Source: Stegostoma tigrinum (Eukaryota). Taken from it: 64,000 nucleotides of DNA. Location: the NCBI RefSeq assembly GCF_030684315.1, contig NC_081364.1, positions 24,300,989-24,364,988 of the forward strand, in the 5' to 3' direction. Shown piece by piece: positions 27,873-41,499 of this stretch. Made by a program: the position numbers and the translations under genes. The notes under the pieces were generated by a model that worked only from the letters and a program-made list of their open reading frames with translations, had not been told where the DNA came from and did no database searches. How positions within the stretch are numbered: position 1 is the first letter of the stretch; every line of letters begins with the position of its first letter.

Positions 27873-28794
27873 GCAATATTTGCCCAGTGTTAAACATTTA
27901 TTTCTGGACCTACCGTATTCCCATAATTTTCCCTTTCCTGGATTGGTGGGATACATATTCAGACTAGTAGGACTTCCAATGCAATGCATTCCTCCAGATG
28001 ACTTTTCTAGCCTCTGAATGATTTAATTAGTCCTACACTACCTGCAGAAAGTAAACTTTCTGAGAAATATATTAAAGACCTTCCTTTAGGCAATGAAAGA
28101 ATGTGTGCCTGCTGAAGCTGAATGAAAGAATAAGTTAGGAGAATGCAAGATGTCTCTGGTTAACAAGCAGCACAATGTTCACATTCAGTTCAGCAATGTG
28201 AATCAAGGAATCCGGAACATATTTCCCTGAGTTGCATAACATTGGATGCCAGAAAATGGGAGATGGCATGAAACAATAATGCAATTGAATACTTTTCCTT
28301 AAGTCATGGAGAAGATTTAATTTTAAACAATCTGGATGGAATCTTGAAGGCAACTGGGGTCTTGCCTGCCAAATGGAGAGTCAGCAGGAGCTTCGTACCA
28401 CCTTTTGTAGGAAGGCACATCATTATCTTGTAGCACAGCAGCAGCCTTTCACATAGTCTGAAGGGCTCTGGATGCTGGCGGGGCGGGGGGGTAGTGCTGG
28501 TGTTGGAAAACCTGTATTGAGCCTTGCTGACCAGTCACAGGATCAATCGAGCTGCTAGCCTAAGTTTATAGTCTCCAACAAATCTGGAATCTGGGAGGGT
28601 AGGATAAACAAAAATGCTTCCTGCAGGTAGTGTAGGACTAATTAAATCATTCAGAGGCTAGAAAAGTCATCTGGAGGAATGCACTGCATCGGAAGTCCTA
28701 CTAGTCTGAATATGTATCCCACCAATCCAAGAAAGGGGAAATTATGGGAATACTGTAGGTCCAGAAATAAATGTTTAACACAGGCAAATATTGC
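27873..28794. repeat. Inverted repeat: arms 27873-28051 and 28617-28794, ~565-bp spacer
   Basis: Arms are direct reverse complements with only a few mismatches. Confidence 0.93.
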
Positions 28795-28951
28795 CTGTAT
28801 AGAAAATATCTACGAAGAGAATTGAGAATCAGAGTCTACTCAATTCAAAGGTTTTAGACTGTTAAACAAACATTGTTGTAAGATCATAAAGAAAATTCTA
28901 CAAGTCTTGTTTATAATTCGTTAACTAAAATGACAAATATTTAACACTTAC

Positions 28952-29117
28952 TTTGCTGTATTAGTAATCCACAGTCTGGATCCTGGGCTACTTGAAGCAA
29001 GATCTCTTCTACATCTCTATTTTTCCCTGGTTGGTCTACCAAACGGGTTATCTCTTGTTGAAGAGTTCTAGGCAAAGCCATCAATTGATTGAATTGACCT
29101 TCTGGACTTTTATCAAG
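28952..29117 (-). CDS. TAMM41: TAMM41 exon 6 (LDKSPEGQFNQLMALPRTLQQEI...VAQDPDCGLLIQQ)
   Basis: Manual translation; follows a 103-nt intron; aag acceptor, gtaagt donor; 166 nt. Confidence 0.96.
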
Positions 29118-29220
29118 CTTAAAAATAAGTACAATTGATCGTCACTGTTCAATAATAGAATTTATGTTGACTAATGGAGCAAACTGCATCCAACTTGTTT
29201 CTGAATTGAAGCGCCATTAC

Positions 29221-29366
29221 CTCTAATTTACCCAGTTGCTGCTTGTAGACCACTTGAGGGCACTCCTGTAAAATGTTATTGTAAAGTCTTTGGAAGTTTT
29301 CCATGTTTGCTGTAACAATATTCATTACTTTTGATCGGTCTTCTCCGATAATCATTCGAAAATCAC
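29221..29366 (-). CDS. TAMM41: TAMM41 exon 5 (GDFRMIIGEDRSKVMNIV...QQLGKLE)
   Basis: GDFRM..GED motif; cag acceptor, gtaatg donor; 146 nt. Confidence 0.97.
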
Positions 29367-29938
29367 CTGATTTAGGAGAGAATTAATCCCATTACAAACA
29401 GTGTTTACACAAATTCAAATTTTTCAATGTCTTAAGTTCCTAAAGTGACGTTTACAATAACAATATTAAAGTAACTTATATTTATAACTGAACCTTTAAA
29501 TATTTTTAAAAACACCCAGCTGTTTTATGGACACTACGCTAGCAAGAGAGACATTGAAAAGTTACACAGAGATCGGTTGATGGGGAATTTTAAACTTCTT
29601 AATAAGTTGGAAAGGAAAGGTTGGTATGAGGACTAACAGAGAACAGGGGCATTTAACCAACAGAGAAGCAAAGTAAAGGGTGAGGGAAAAGACAGAGGAA
29701 AGCAGCATTTTGGAAGGAACATGGGGATGCAAAGGACCACAATGATAATACTGGACAAATTCATTATTGGAGTTGTAAATGAAAATGAGGGATACAGTGG
29801 AGGAACAAATACAAAGTATTCAACTGCCATGAGTGAATGTAATAGCTGTAGTCAAAGATGTGCATGGATTTTCACTTGATATTTAGTTATTCGAAATATT
29901 TCTAAGGGGCATTAACAGCTACTAAAAACTAAACAAAC

Positions 29939-30089
29939 CTGAGTAGGACAGTCCAGCAATACGAATGTAGAGCTCCTCCTCAGTGAAAGATTCTGGCAGC
30001 ATAAGAAATGCTGCGATCACTGCACTTTTCAGATTCTTAACCAGTGCATTTTGTAACTTGCCATTTTCATTTTGGATCAATATCTTCAC
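29939..30089 (-). CDS. TAMM41: TAMM41 exon 4 (VKILIQNENGKLQNALVKNLKSAVIAAFLMLPESFTEEELYIRIAGLSYS)
   Basis: Part of ORF 29922..30131; tttcag acceptor, gtttgt donor; 151 nt, ends in phase 1. Confidence 0.96.
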
Positions 30090-30339
30090 CTGAAATTTGA
30101 CATAGATTTCGGAGATGCTACAGCAGCCCATCCGTACAGAATATTAGCACGTGAAGCACCTCTTGCACAGTTAAGATAGCCATTTCCTGGAGCAGCAACT
30201 CAACCAAAGCAGTTTCTTATTTAATTGATCCAGGAAACAACTTACTTAATTATTCTCTTTCATCAGCAGTACTGCATGAAGATCTCTACAATGCAAAAAA
30301 TCGACCGAGGTGGGGAGCTCAGCAGAGGTTTATAAAAGA

Positions 30340-31915
30340 ACAAATAATATGGCAGAGAGTATGGCAAAGCTCAGGAATTTAACTTCAGGCATATCATATA
30401 AAGGGCCCATCCATGCAGGACAGAGGGTGTTGTACTTAAATGCATGCAGTATATGAAATACAGTAAATGAGCTTGTAATGCACATTGTAATTAGAGGGTA
30501 AAATGTTGTGGGAACAAGGGGATCAGAGCTGAGGAGCCAAATATCTAAGGACACGCTCCTATCAAAAGGACTGGCAGTTAAGCAGAGGGGGCAGGGATGC
30601 CTTGTTAGGAAGAAATGAAAATCAAAAGCAACAGTGAAATGGAGTCAGAAAGCATAGGAATCTGTGTGGGTAGACTTGCGAAACTGTAAAGGTAGAAAGA
30701 CTCTGATGGGAGAAATTGCAAGAGTAATTCTAGATACAGAAACAGGTAAGAAAGAGGCAACTGTGGACATTAGATTGCTGGAAAATGAGGCTGGAGGAAA
30801 AATAATAGGGAACAAAAAGATGGCAGAGCAAATGAACAGATACTTTGCATCAGTATTCACGACAGAACACACCAGCAGTACCAGAGCTTCAAGATAGTCA
30901 GTGGGAGGGGCAAGCTGTGGAGCGAGTGTAGTGGTCTCAAGGAGAAGGTGCTGAGAAAGTTGAAAGGTCTGGAGGTGGATAAGTTGCCTGTACTGAATGG
31001 ACTACAACCCAGAGTTCTGAAGGACATAACTGAACAGATTGTGCAGGCATTGGTGGTGATCTTTCAAGAATCACTGGAGTCAGGCAGGGTCCTAGAGGAC
31101 TGGAAAACGGCTAATGTAACACAGCGTTTAAAAAGGAAGGCAGGCATGCAACAGACAATTATAGACCAGTTAGCCTGACCTCAGTCACTGGTAACATTTT
31201 AGAAGCCATTATTAAGGATAAGATTGCAAAATACTTGGAAGTGCATTGTAAAATAGGACTAAGTCAGCATAGCTTACTTAAGGGGATGTCGTACCTGACT
31301 AAGCTGTTAAGAATTATTTGAGGAGTAACGAGCAAGTTAGACAAAAGACATCCAGTGGATGTTATCTATTCAGATTTCCAGAAGGCCTTTAACAAGGTGT
31401 CTCGCAGGAGACTGTTAAACAATATAAGAGTCACTGATGTTATAGAGGAGGTACCGACATGGATATAGGATTGGCTGACTGGCAAAAGATAGACAGGAAA
31501 AGGGGTATTTTTCAGGATCACAGCCAGTGACTAGTGTAGTTCCACAGGGGACAGTGTTGAGACCGCAATTATTCGCATTATACATTAACTATCTGAATGA
31601 AGGAACTGAAGGCATTGTTGCTAAGTTTACAGATGACACAAAGATAGGTGGAGGGACAGGTAGCATTGAGGAAATGGGGAAGCTGCAGAAGGCTACAAGG
31701 GTGGGCAATGAATTGGCAGATGGAATACAATGTGACAAAGTGTGACGTTATGCACTTCAGTAGGACGAAGAGGTATAGGCGATTTACTAAATGGGGAAAG
31801 GCTTCGAAAGGCTAAAGCACAAAAAGACTTCAGTTCTAGTTCAGGATTCTGTTAAGATTAACATGCAGGTTAGTTGGTTAGGAAGGCAAACACAATGTTG
31901 GCATTCATTTCTAGA
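30340..31915 (+). mobile_element. CR1 ORF2, internally deleted and decayed
   Basis: YFASVFT, EDWKTANV, VPQGTVLRPQLF, KFTDDTK. Confidence 0.88.
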
Positions 31916-32454
31916 GCAAGTCCACAAAACTACACCATCAGGACGATCCAGAGGCAATGGAGAGAGGATTCATTTCATAATTGTACCTGTGAAATCAAAA
32001 TGTTGAAAGTAATGTCAGATTGTCTTCACGTAGGGTAGGCCAAGAGTACTAAGTAGCATATTTTGGAGCTGTGTAGGAGCCAATTCGTGCAGAGTGTGAT
32101 GCAAATTGATTGTGATGCACAGGATATATTTTTTGTATCGTTATTTTAAGCAAATTTTAAGTTTTTTATTTGAAGTACAATTATTCTGTTAATTCATGCC
32201 TAACTTGCATTGGCTCCAATTTGTGGAATTCTAATAAAAGCTCAAAGAAAATTGAATTTTGTTGGTAATTTGTTAATTTGGGAGTCATTCAGTACATTTG
32301 GTTATTTTAATATATTGCTCCCCAGTGAGGATGGTCATGTCTGATCAAACTGATATCAGCATCCAGTAAGTTTTCAAATTCCGTTCCAATGCAATGAGCA
32401 TTCCCACCTGGTCCTAAACTCAAAAAGCTGCTATAGCTTATAAACATAACCTAC

Positions 32455-32547
32455 AGGTTTATGCAGTCTTCCAGCAATGTATAAGTTTTTCCAATAAAGA
32501 AGGTCTTCAATCAGAGTTCCTGTACTGATGATGCCATACTTGATTAT
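32455..32547 (-). CDS. TAMM41: TAMM41 exon 3 ([31 protein letters not shown])
   Basis: Manual translation with KYG and AGRLxKP motifs; ttttcag acceptor, gtaggt donor; 93 nt. Confidence 0.97.
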
Positions 32548-33435
32548 CTGAAAACAAAAGTATTCCATTATGATTCCAGCAGATTATTCACTTATTGTAT
32601 TAATCGTGCTTGTCTTGTTTCTTCAATATTAGAATCTTGTAATTGCTTAAGTATAATTTTCAAAACTTTGTTGCAAATATTGGGTTGCAATGTTTACACA
32701 TCAGATATATTAATGAATCTCCAACGTTTAAATATTTCAATGGCCTTTAAGATAGCTGCAACTAGAAATCCTTCTTCAGTTTACAGCTTTTGCAGAGAGA
32801 TATTCTCTCTTCTGAATTTGAAAGATTTGGTTAAATGGTATCTGAAGTTAATTACGATTTATGGGATAGCATTTTACATTGAATTAGATTTTTTTTCCTA
32901 CACAGAAAAGTCTGTTTAGCCCAACCAGTCCAGGCTAGCATTTACTTTCTTTGGGCGTCTTTCCATCTTTCCTCATCTATATCACCATTTTCCTCTGTTT
33001 CTTTCTCCCTCAGTTGACTACCTTTCACCTGAATACAATTATATTCTTTCAATCAACAACTCCCTGTCGTATCAAGTTACACATTCTCACCACACTTTGG
33101 TTAAAAAAAAAATTTCATATGAATTTCCTGATGGATTTCTCAGTGACTATTTAATATTGATAGCCTCTTGCTATCTTCTTTGCAGGAAATATCCTGTGGA
33201 AATAATCTCCCTGCATTCCAAATCAATCAAAACCTTCATAATTTTAAATACCTCTCTTTTGTCATCCATTAGCCCAGTTCCCCAACCTCCACCACCGCCG
33301 CCCCCTCCTTGGCCAATTGTCATGGCCCTGCCTGCATGTCCTTTCCTGATATGTATGCCCATACATTTCTCATCGCCAGCATTTCCATATCATTTTTATG
33401 ATACAGTAATGACAATTGGATGTAGCACTTTTAAT

Positions 33436-33590
33436 TGTGGTGGAATAATGTAACAATAATGTCACTGGACTAGTAATCGAGAGTTCCAGCATAATTTTCG
33501 GGGGGTGTGCGTTTGAATCTCACCATGGCAGATGGTGCAAATCAAATTCAACAAAGTGGAACAAAATGTGAGATTAATAGTTAAAATGAA
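33436..33590 (+). mobile_element. tRNA-derived SINE 5' fragment
   Basis: aatgtcactggactagtaatc...gtttgaatctcaccatggcag; paralog at ~62125. Confidence 0.6.
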
Positions 33591-33629
33591 ACAAAGAACT
33601 CCACCTAGCCAACCTAGACAGCATATTTA

Positions 33630-33973
33630 GGGCAGCACAGCGGCTCAGTGGTTAGCACTGCTGCCTCACAGCGCCAGGGACCTGGGTTTGATTCCAGCTT
33701 CAGGCAACTGTCTGTGTGGAGTTTGCACATTCTCCCGGTGTCTGCGCGGGTTTCCTCTGAGTGCTCTGGTTTCCTCCCACAGTCCAAAGATGTGCAGGAT
33801 AGTTGCTAAGTTGTCTGCAGTGTCCAGGGATGTTCAGGCCAAGTCGATTAGCCATGCAGAATGCTGGGTTACAGGGACAGGGCCAGGAGCTGCGTTTGGG
33901 TGGGATGCTCTTTGGAGTGTCGGTTTAGACTCAATATGCTGAATGGCCTACTTCCACACTGTTGCGATTCTAT
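33630..33973 (+). mobile_element. HE1-like V-SINE, full length
   Basis: A box cggctcagtgg, B box ggtttgattcc, V-domain, CR1-like tail. Confidence 0.9.
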
Positions 33974-34056
33974 ATAAATGACTGCAGTCAGACCCAAATT
34001 AAAATGCATCTTTTCAATTCTTTCCTTCTACAAAAAAAAGCCTTCTGCTTAGATTA

Positions 34057-35690
34057 TAAGAAATTGGAACAGCAGTTGGCTGTTCAGCCTTTTGAGCCTG
34101 CTACGCCATTCAGTAGGATCACAGCTAATCTGACATTCCTCGCAGTCACTTTCCAGCCTTTCTCTCGTAAGTTTTGATTTCCCGTGGAGATCAAAATCTA
34201 CCTCAGCCTGAAACTTACACAAGGCTTTCGCCCCACAGTTTTCGGTGGCAAGGAGTTCCAAATATTCACAACTCTCAGAGAAGACCATCCTCCTTATCTT
34301 AGTGTTAAATTGGTGCCCCTTTATTCTGAGGCTTTGCCTTCTGTTCCTCGACTCTCCCGAAGAGTGAAACATCCTCTCAGCATTTACCCTGTCAAGACCC
34401 TTAACAATCCTCGGTGCTTTAATAAGATCAGCTTTCATTCTTGTAAACTCCAGTGAGTCGAGTCCCAACCTGTTTACCCTATGGTCATAAAATAATCCGT
34501 CCACACTAAGGATTATCCTAGTGAACCTTCTCTGTACTTTCTTAAAAAAGACCAAAACTACTCACGGTACTGCAGATATGATCTCATCAGCACCCTGTAT
34601 AGTTTCAGTAAGAGACTTCCCTACTTTTATACACCATATTCCTTGAAATAAGGGTCAACATTCCATTAACCTTCCTGATTACCTACTGTACCTGTGTGCT
34701 AGCTTTGTGTGTTTCATGCACAAAGTACCTCCAAGCACCTTTTCACTGCAGTTTTCTTCCATTTCTGTTCTTTTGTTCTCCCTTCCAAAATGAACAATTT
34801 CACATTTGCCCACATTATACTCTATTTGCCAACTTTTTGCCACTTACCTAAACCTGTACATTAATTGTATTCCTTCACAACTTGCCTTTTACCTACTTTT
34901 GTGCTATCTGCAAATTTGACTACAGTACATTTGCTTCCTTCCTCCAAGTTACTAATACGTATTGTAAATAATTGCAGTCCCAGTACCGATCCCTGTGAAA
35001 CCCCACTGGTTACAGGGTTGCAAACCTGAAAAAGTACCTCTCATCCCCACTCACGGTTTCCTGCCCATTAGCCAATTCTCTATCCATACTAATATACTCC
35101 CTCTCTCTAACACAATGGGCTACATCTTACGACTTAACCATTGGAGAGATACCCTGTCGAATGCCTTCTGGAAGCCCAAATACAACAAATCTACTGGTCC
35201 CCCTCAAATCAAGTCTGGTTTAGACTTCTTTAAAAAACTCTAACAAATTAGTCAGACACAATTTCCTTTTTCATGAATCCACACTGCTTGATTATGTTAT
35301 GATTTTCCAAATGTGCTGCTATTACATCTTCCAAAATACATTCCAACATTATGGAGGATAGATTAATTGGCCTTCTGTCACCTGCATTTTAACTTCCACC
35401 CTTTCTGAACTAGGATGTCACATTGGCAGTTTTCCTACACTCTTGGTACTTCTTCAGAATCTAAGAATTTTATAATAATTTTAATAAGAATTTTATAAGA
35501 AATTATAAACAATGTATCCATTATTCTTGTAACTACTTGTTTTCAGATTCAAGTCATCAGCCTCATTATTTTGTCCAGTACTATTTGTCTAGTGATGGTG
35601 ACGACACCTAATTTCTCCCCATATTCTTTGGTATCAATGGGATATTCAAAGTATCTTTCACCATAAAGGCTGATGCAAAATATCAGTTTA
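34057..35690 (-). mobile_element. CR1-type LINE 3' part, decayed
   Basis: KVQRRFTRII...LGLDSLE...GHQF. Confidence 0.85.
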
Positions 35691-36774
35691 TTAATTGATT
35701 TGTTTTTTTTAAATAAGGGCCTTGCTAACCTATGGCATGACTCTTACTGATTGGTGAACATGTATTCTGTGATCCTTTTGTTCTTTCACCCACTTAAGAC
35801 TCGTATCCTCAAAATACTAAAAGACTTCCCACTTCCTCTTAACAAAATGTACTAATCATATCGTGGAATTTCATTCACCAGTTACTTGTACATTTTGCAA
35901 GTTTATTATAGAGGATATTAATATGTGGCAGCTTACATGTTTTCTGTACTGTGAATGCCACCCTCCAAACTAGAATAATCCAACAATTTAGAAATTATGT
36001 CTTTTATTCCAAAACCAGATAAACAATACAAACTTGGAACAGCAATGTTCTCTGCACTGATCTTTGATCTCTTTACTTAGCTGCAAATGTTCTCTTGTAT
36101 CTTCATTGATCCATGGCGTATCACTAGTACTTAGCTTGACCTTTCCTTTTAGTTGAATAAAATAATAATTCTGTGATTTTGTTCCGGTAAAGACAGAAGA
36201 CTGACATTAGATAATAGAGCCAGAGTAGGCTTGATGGGCTGAATGGCCTCTTTCTGCAAAATCATAATTCTGTGATGTTCTACTCAGTCCTTAAAATCAG
36301 CCTGCCTCCAGTTTATTAACTTTGCTTTTGCCACACAAATTATGTATTCACTGACAAAATACATTCAACTTTATATTGTATACCTTACTTAGAACTTCTT
36401 GATTTGGCAAAATTCCATACAAAACTGTAATTTTATTAATTCAACAAGTTTTCAGCTATGGAACAAAATAGACAGACATTCTAAAAAGAAATTTAGGACC
36501 CAATTGTAACAGCTAACTTGTCACACATCATAGTCAACACCAGCATGACATTCAGCTAAATGGCACATTGGGTTAATTTAGATCAGTAAAAATGGACTTG
36601 CATTTATACAGCATCCTTCACCCTAGATAGCAGACAAGATCTTATTTTAATCCTGCACACCCTCAGGATTGCACTGGAAATCAGCCTAGATGTTTGTGAC
36701 CCAGTCTCCAGAATGGAACTTCAATCAGAACCCTCTGATTGAAAGGGAAGTGTGCTACTAACGTATTTTAAAAA

Positions 36775-37095
36775 TCATTTGTGCATCTTGGCATCACCGG
36801 CTTGGCCAACATTTACGGTAGATCCCTAATTAACCTAGAAAAGGTGGTGGTGAGTTGCTTCCTTGAACCGCTGCAGACCTTGGGCCAAGGGGGCACTCAC
36901 AGTGTTGTGAAGGAGGGAGTTCCAGGATTTCGATGCAGAGACACTGAAGAATCACAACATAACTGAAATCAGATTGGCGTGTGACTTGAAAGGGAATTTG
37001 TATGTGGTGGTATTCCTATGCACTTACTGCCCCTATTCTCCCAAGGGGTAGAAGTCATGGGTTTGGATGGTGCTGTTGGGGAAGGCTTGGCAAGT
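36775..37095 (-). mobile_element. Old LINE 3' fragment (same family as 13720 and 45775)
   Basis: Shared aaggtggtggtgagttgcttccttgaaccgctgcag. Confidence 0.65.
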
Positions 37096-37202
37096 TCCCT
37101 TTGTTGACGAACAAGGAAAATTCATAAATAATACTATTTTTTTGTAAGTATGTAAGCTCATCATTGAGTGTACAAAGTTCCCCAGCAAAAATTTCTTGAG
37201 AA

Positions 37203-37283
37203 TGAGAGAGAGAGAGAAAGAAAGCGAGCGAGCAAGAAAGAAAGAAAGCGAGCGAGAGAGAAAAAAGAAGAGAGAGACAGAGG
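37203..37283. repeat. GA/GAAA/GCGA purine-rich microsatellite
   Basis: Visible directly. Confidence 0.9.
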
Positions 37284-37529
37284 ACAGTTAGAATGCTAAT
37301 AGCCTCATAATTTCTAAATCAGGCTTACTTTAAGTTTTGACTTGTTTCTTGATAGAGTTAAAATTATAACCTTACCCAGTGTCTACTTCTCACAAATTAA
37401 ACTTTGTAGATTAAAGGGTGTACAACAATATACAACAGTATACATAGTTTAACATAGCTACACTTCTGACACCAATAAAGTTCAGCATGCAGCCTCATTG
37501 GCTTAAAAGCATGTGCATTAACAAAAAAA

Positions 37530-37713
37530 ATCTGTCCTAGAGGATCTTAGGGTTGCTCTCACTGGACAGAAGTTTTAACCTGAAGGTCACCACACCTCAG
37601 GCAAGGAAAGAAGGTGTGACCTTCATGGTGACGTCAAGCTGGTACAGAAACCTGTGCTATTGGCATCACTCTGCACTGCAAACCAGTCATCCAGATAACT
37701 GAGCCAACTGACC
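37530..37713 (-). mobile_element. tRNA-derived SINE
   Basis: Minus-strand head ggtcagttggctcagtt; partial paralog at ~63680-63820. Confidence 0.6.
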
Positions 37714-38325
37714 ATGAGCATGTGCTTACACATAGAAAAAAATGCAAAAGTACTCCCTGTAGTTTAAAGGTGCTTTTGGAGGAAGTACAAACGCTTGATG
37801 AAATACAAATGGGTTAAATAGTTCTCAGTACAATTTTCTAACTAGAACTATATACATTCAATGTAGATTTTGATGTCAGCCTGGCAAATAGTACAAACAC
37901 CTCTTTCTGGCGCCAGAATGTATATTTAGGATTAAACTCACCACATCAATTAATACAAGTTCCTTACTTTAGATAGTATATAATTGTTTAGAGTGATACT
38001 CACATTAGGAGTTGGTCTCAACTTTCTAGCTCAGAAATATATTTTAATCAATGGGATCAGATAAAACAGGTCATGTTGCCAAAAAAGTGAGGGAGTTTAA
38101 GATATGCTCAGACTGCATGGTGACCAGATAAAGATTTTTCAATCTCAAAATGGTGACTGCCTACACTAATACCAAAAAGTTTCATGCTTTGCATTCAGCA
38201 TACAAAAATTGGTGCATGTTTGTGGAAGAATTTGTCAAAGCTTAAAGATCAACTTAAATATCATGACCAACAGTGCTTCCTGTGGCCAATATTATAAAGC
38301 TACATTTCATATTAGGCTTACTCAC

Positions 38326-38508
38326 CCTGTCATCACATGGCACTAATGTATTGTAATATATTCCAGCTCCATAATTATTCTGTATTTTACTAACATGTTT
38401 TGGCCCAAAAAATCTTAAAAATGAGTAATGTCGGGGATTTTTCATGATATTCATCGTATGCCAAGTCACAGGATCATCCACAGCAAAGACAAAATCCAGC
38501 ATATTGTT
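38326..38508 (-). CDS. TAMM41: TAMM41 exon 2 (NNMLDFVFAVDDPVTWH...NNYGAGIYYNTLVPCDDR)
   Basis: Part of ORF 38254..38502; ag acceptor and gtgagt donor; 183 nt, phase 0/0. Confidence 0.97.
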
Positions 38509-39159
38509 CTAAAAATGAAGAAACGAATAATATATTTTAGTTAAAAGTAAATCTTAACATAAATATAAATTAAATAACACATTATGAAAAAGACACTGCA
38601 ACACACTAAACAATAAATTAATCCATTATTTAAAGGACAGAAGCAACTCTAGTTTTACATAGAAAAAAATCAGGGTCAAATACTCAGACAATACTTCACT
38701 GATGCCAACACATTTACTCAGATTGAGCATGTGCATTGTTATTTTGTTTCCTCGCACCGTGAAAATTTAAACTTCAATGTGTGAGCGAAACAGGAAAGTG
38801 AATATTGAGTAAAACATTAAGTACTGTTGATCCATATTGGTGTTTGTGTAAACACAAACAGGTATCCAAGAGTATGAGGCATTAAAGAGACAGTAAGCAC
38901 TGGGAAGACAAAAAATAGCAATAATAAAGATTATTTAAATAATGTATGAAATGGCCACAGAATGAAACCTTAAAGACAAGAATTTCAGCCTTTTTAGACT
39001 CATCATTAATTTTGAATGTTCTTTTCTACATCACAACTTGCCTTCTATTTATCTCCTGGTTAATTTCTAATTACACAAGTATCTGTTGAATAATATTTAT
39101 AGCAATGACTTATTAGTCAAGCTATTAATTGCAATTGATCATCTATTAATGTAGGATGG

Positions 39160-40400
39160 AAGAGCAAGAGTGGGCCATTCAACCCTTTGAGCATGCTCTA
39201 CAGTTCAATAATATTATGGATGATCTGGTTGTGGTGTCATTTCTACTTTCCAATCTGCCCAACAGCCCTAAACTCCAATGTCCATCACGAATCTAACTCT
39301 GCTTTGAATAATATAAAAATGATCCAGTCACCACTGTTTTCTGGGGAACAGAATTCCATGCATTAACAACTGACCAAGAAATATTTTCACCTTAAAAGAA
39401 GACCTCTTATTCTTAAACCTTGCCACCCCTAATTCTGGTCTCACCACAAAAGAAGGTATACTCCCAGTATCTACCTTGTCAAGTCACCTCAGGAGGATTT
39501 TATAATGTTTCAGTAAGATCTCTTTGCATTTTTTTAAACTCAAAAGAATGCCAGCATGACCTTTTCAACCATTCTTCATAAAAGGTAAATCCTTCATCCC
39601 AGGAATGAATTAAAAAAACCTTCTCTGAATTTCTTCTAATACAATATTATCTTTTCCAAGTACAGAAACAAACTCCAAAATTGTACACAGTTCTCCAGGT
39701 GTAGCTTCACCAAGTTCCAATACAGTTGAAGTAAATCTCCCCTACTTATACATTCCATTTTCCTGGCAATATATGCCATCATTCCACTTGCCAGGACAGC
39801 CAGATCTCTGTACATCGTTAAGTTCGTCAATCTCTCTTCAATTTTCAATTCTCGCTGCAAAGTGGGTAAGTTCAAATTGTCTGTCATTATGTTTCAGCTG
39901 CCAAATTTCTGCCCACTCTTAATTTGCATATATTTCTTTGCATACTCTCTATCTCCCTTTGCCAATCTACATTCTGAATTACCTTGGTATCATTGGCAAA
40001 TCTAGCTACCATACATTTAGTCCTTTCGTCAGTCATTGACATTGATGTCATTGACAATGCCTGCTGGAAATCCAAGAACACTACACCCATAGGTCCTCCA
40101 TTATCCACCTTGCATGCTACTTCCTGCAATTTCAATTCATAAAGCCGTGATCACATCGAGTTTCTAAATATCCAGCTACAATCTTCTTAATAACGGATTC
40201 AAACAGCTTCCCTGTAACAGATGTTAGGCTAACTGGCCTACAGTTTCCTGTTTTGTGTTCCTCCCTCATTGAATATAGGTATCACATTAGATATTCTATA
40301 ATCTACTCAGACTTTTTCAGATTATAAGAAATTTTGAAGGATCATAGACAATGAATCAACTATGTCAGCAGCCACTTCTTTTAAGACAGTAGAATGTAGA
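39160..40400 (-). mobile_element. CR1-type LINE fragment, strongly decayed
   Basis: VFLDFQQA, RFANDTK, LVKLHLENCVQFWS. Confidence 0.8.
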
Positions 40401-41499
40401 CCAACAGTTTCTTAAACAACATTCTTGCTAATTCTCTTTCTTCTGTGTGGATCTCAAAGTCCATGTGTGCCAGCAGCTTCTGGAACTGCAAATGACATCA
40501 CATCAATTGCCAAGCCCAGACCTTCAAAGACTGCATGTATGCTGCTTAGAGGGAATATTGTCCTTGGGACTTAATTTTTCCATGACTTTGTCCTTGGTCC
40601 TATTCACCTCTTGATTTTCAGGAATCTTCGAGAACTAAAATGCTAGTTTTAGTTCCCCTTTCCCAATGAAATGTTGTAAAAACCCTGACTGTCTGTTTTA
40701 TATTAATAGCTAGATTTTGCTAATACTTTCTCCATGTATTTTCAAAATCATTCTTTTGACCAATCTTCTGACCTACCAATAATTATTGCAGATTTATGTA
40801 GCACTTTCATCAATTTGATACCATCCTTAACCTCCTTCTTCAGCTACGAATCAGGACTCCATCTGAGATTTCCTGACATCTACTTTTAGATTTTCAGAGG
40901 GTCCCTTTTTTCACTAAATACTTCCATAGGTGGTGCAATCACTGAGGGAAAACACCTTTCATGCTTGTGTGGAATAAATGGGGGATTTGGACTCGCACTG
41001 AAACAGAATAAAAAGAATTCATCAATATCACCTCTATTACACTTAATGACACAATATAAAAAGGAAAGCTTTAACTTCCTAGACACGATAGCATTTAAAA
41101 AAAATCAAAAGACACCCTAAGCACACATTCCACAGAAAAGTGGTGAGAACTAACCTGTTGCACATTTGTATCTCATGCAAACATCGTAACTTGCACTTCA
41201 AGTAATTCATGGTTACGTTAGACACTGAGATATAACAACACCCAAACGCAAATCTTTATGAAATTATCATTACAAAAACATTAAATTATAAGAGACTTTC
41301 AGATGCAAATCTGCTCACCATTTCGGTTTGCTACAAATGATACATTTTTCTTAGTGTTTTTTGGGACCAAAACAAAGAGTCAGTCAAGTTAGTTTAACCG
41401 GATAGCACAAATTTAAGGGTCAATCTTCCTTTAATTAGAGCACATTTATTCTGGACACCAATAATTTTGTCCCAAATATCAGTTCCATTATGCTGCTCA

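Noticed and set aside
33630-33710. tRNA gene
   Set aside because: A and B boxes continue into the SINE body and tail; this is a multi-copy SINE head.
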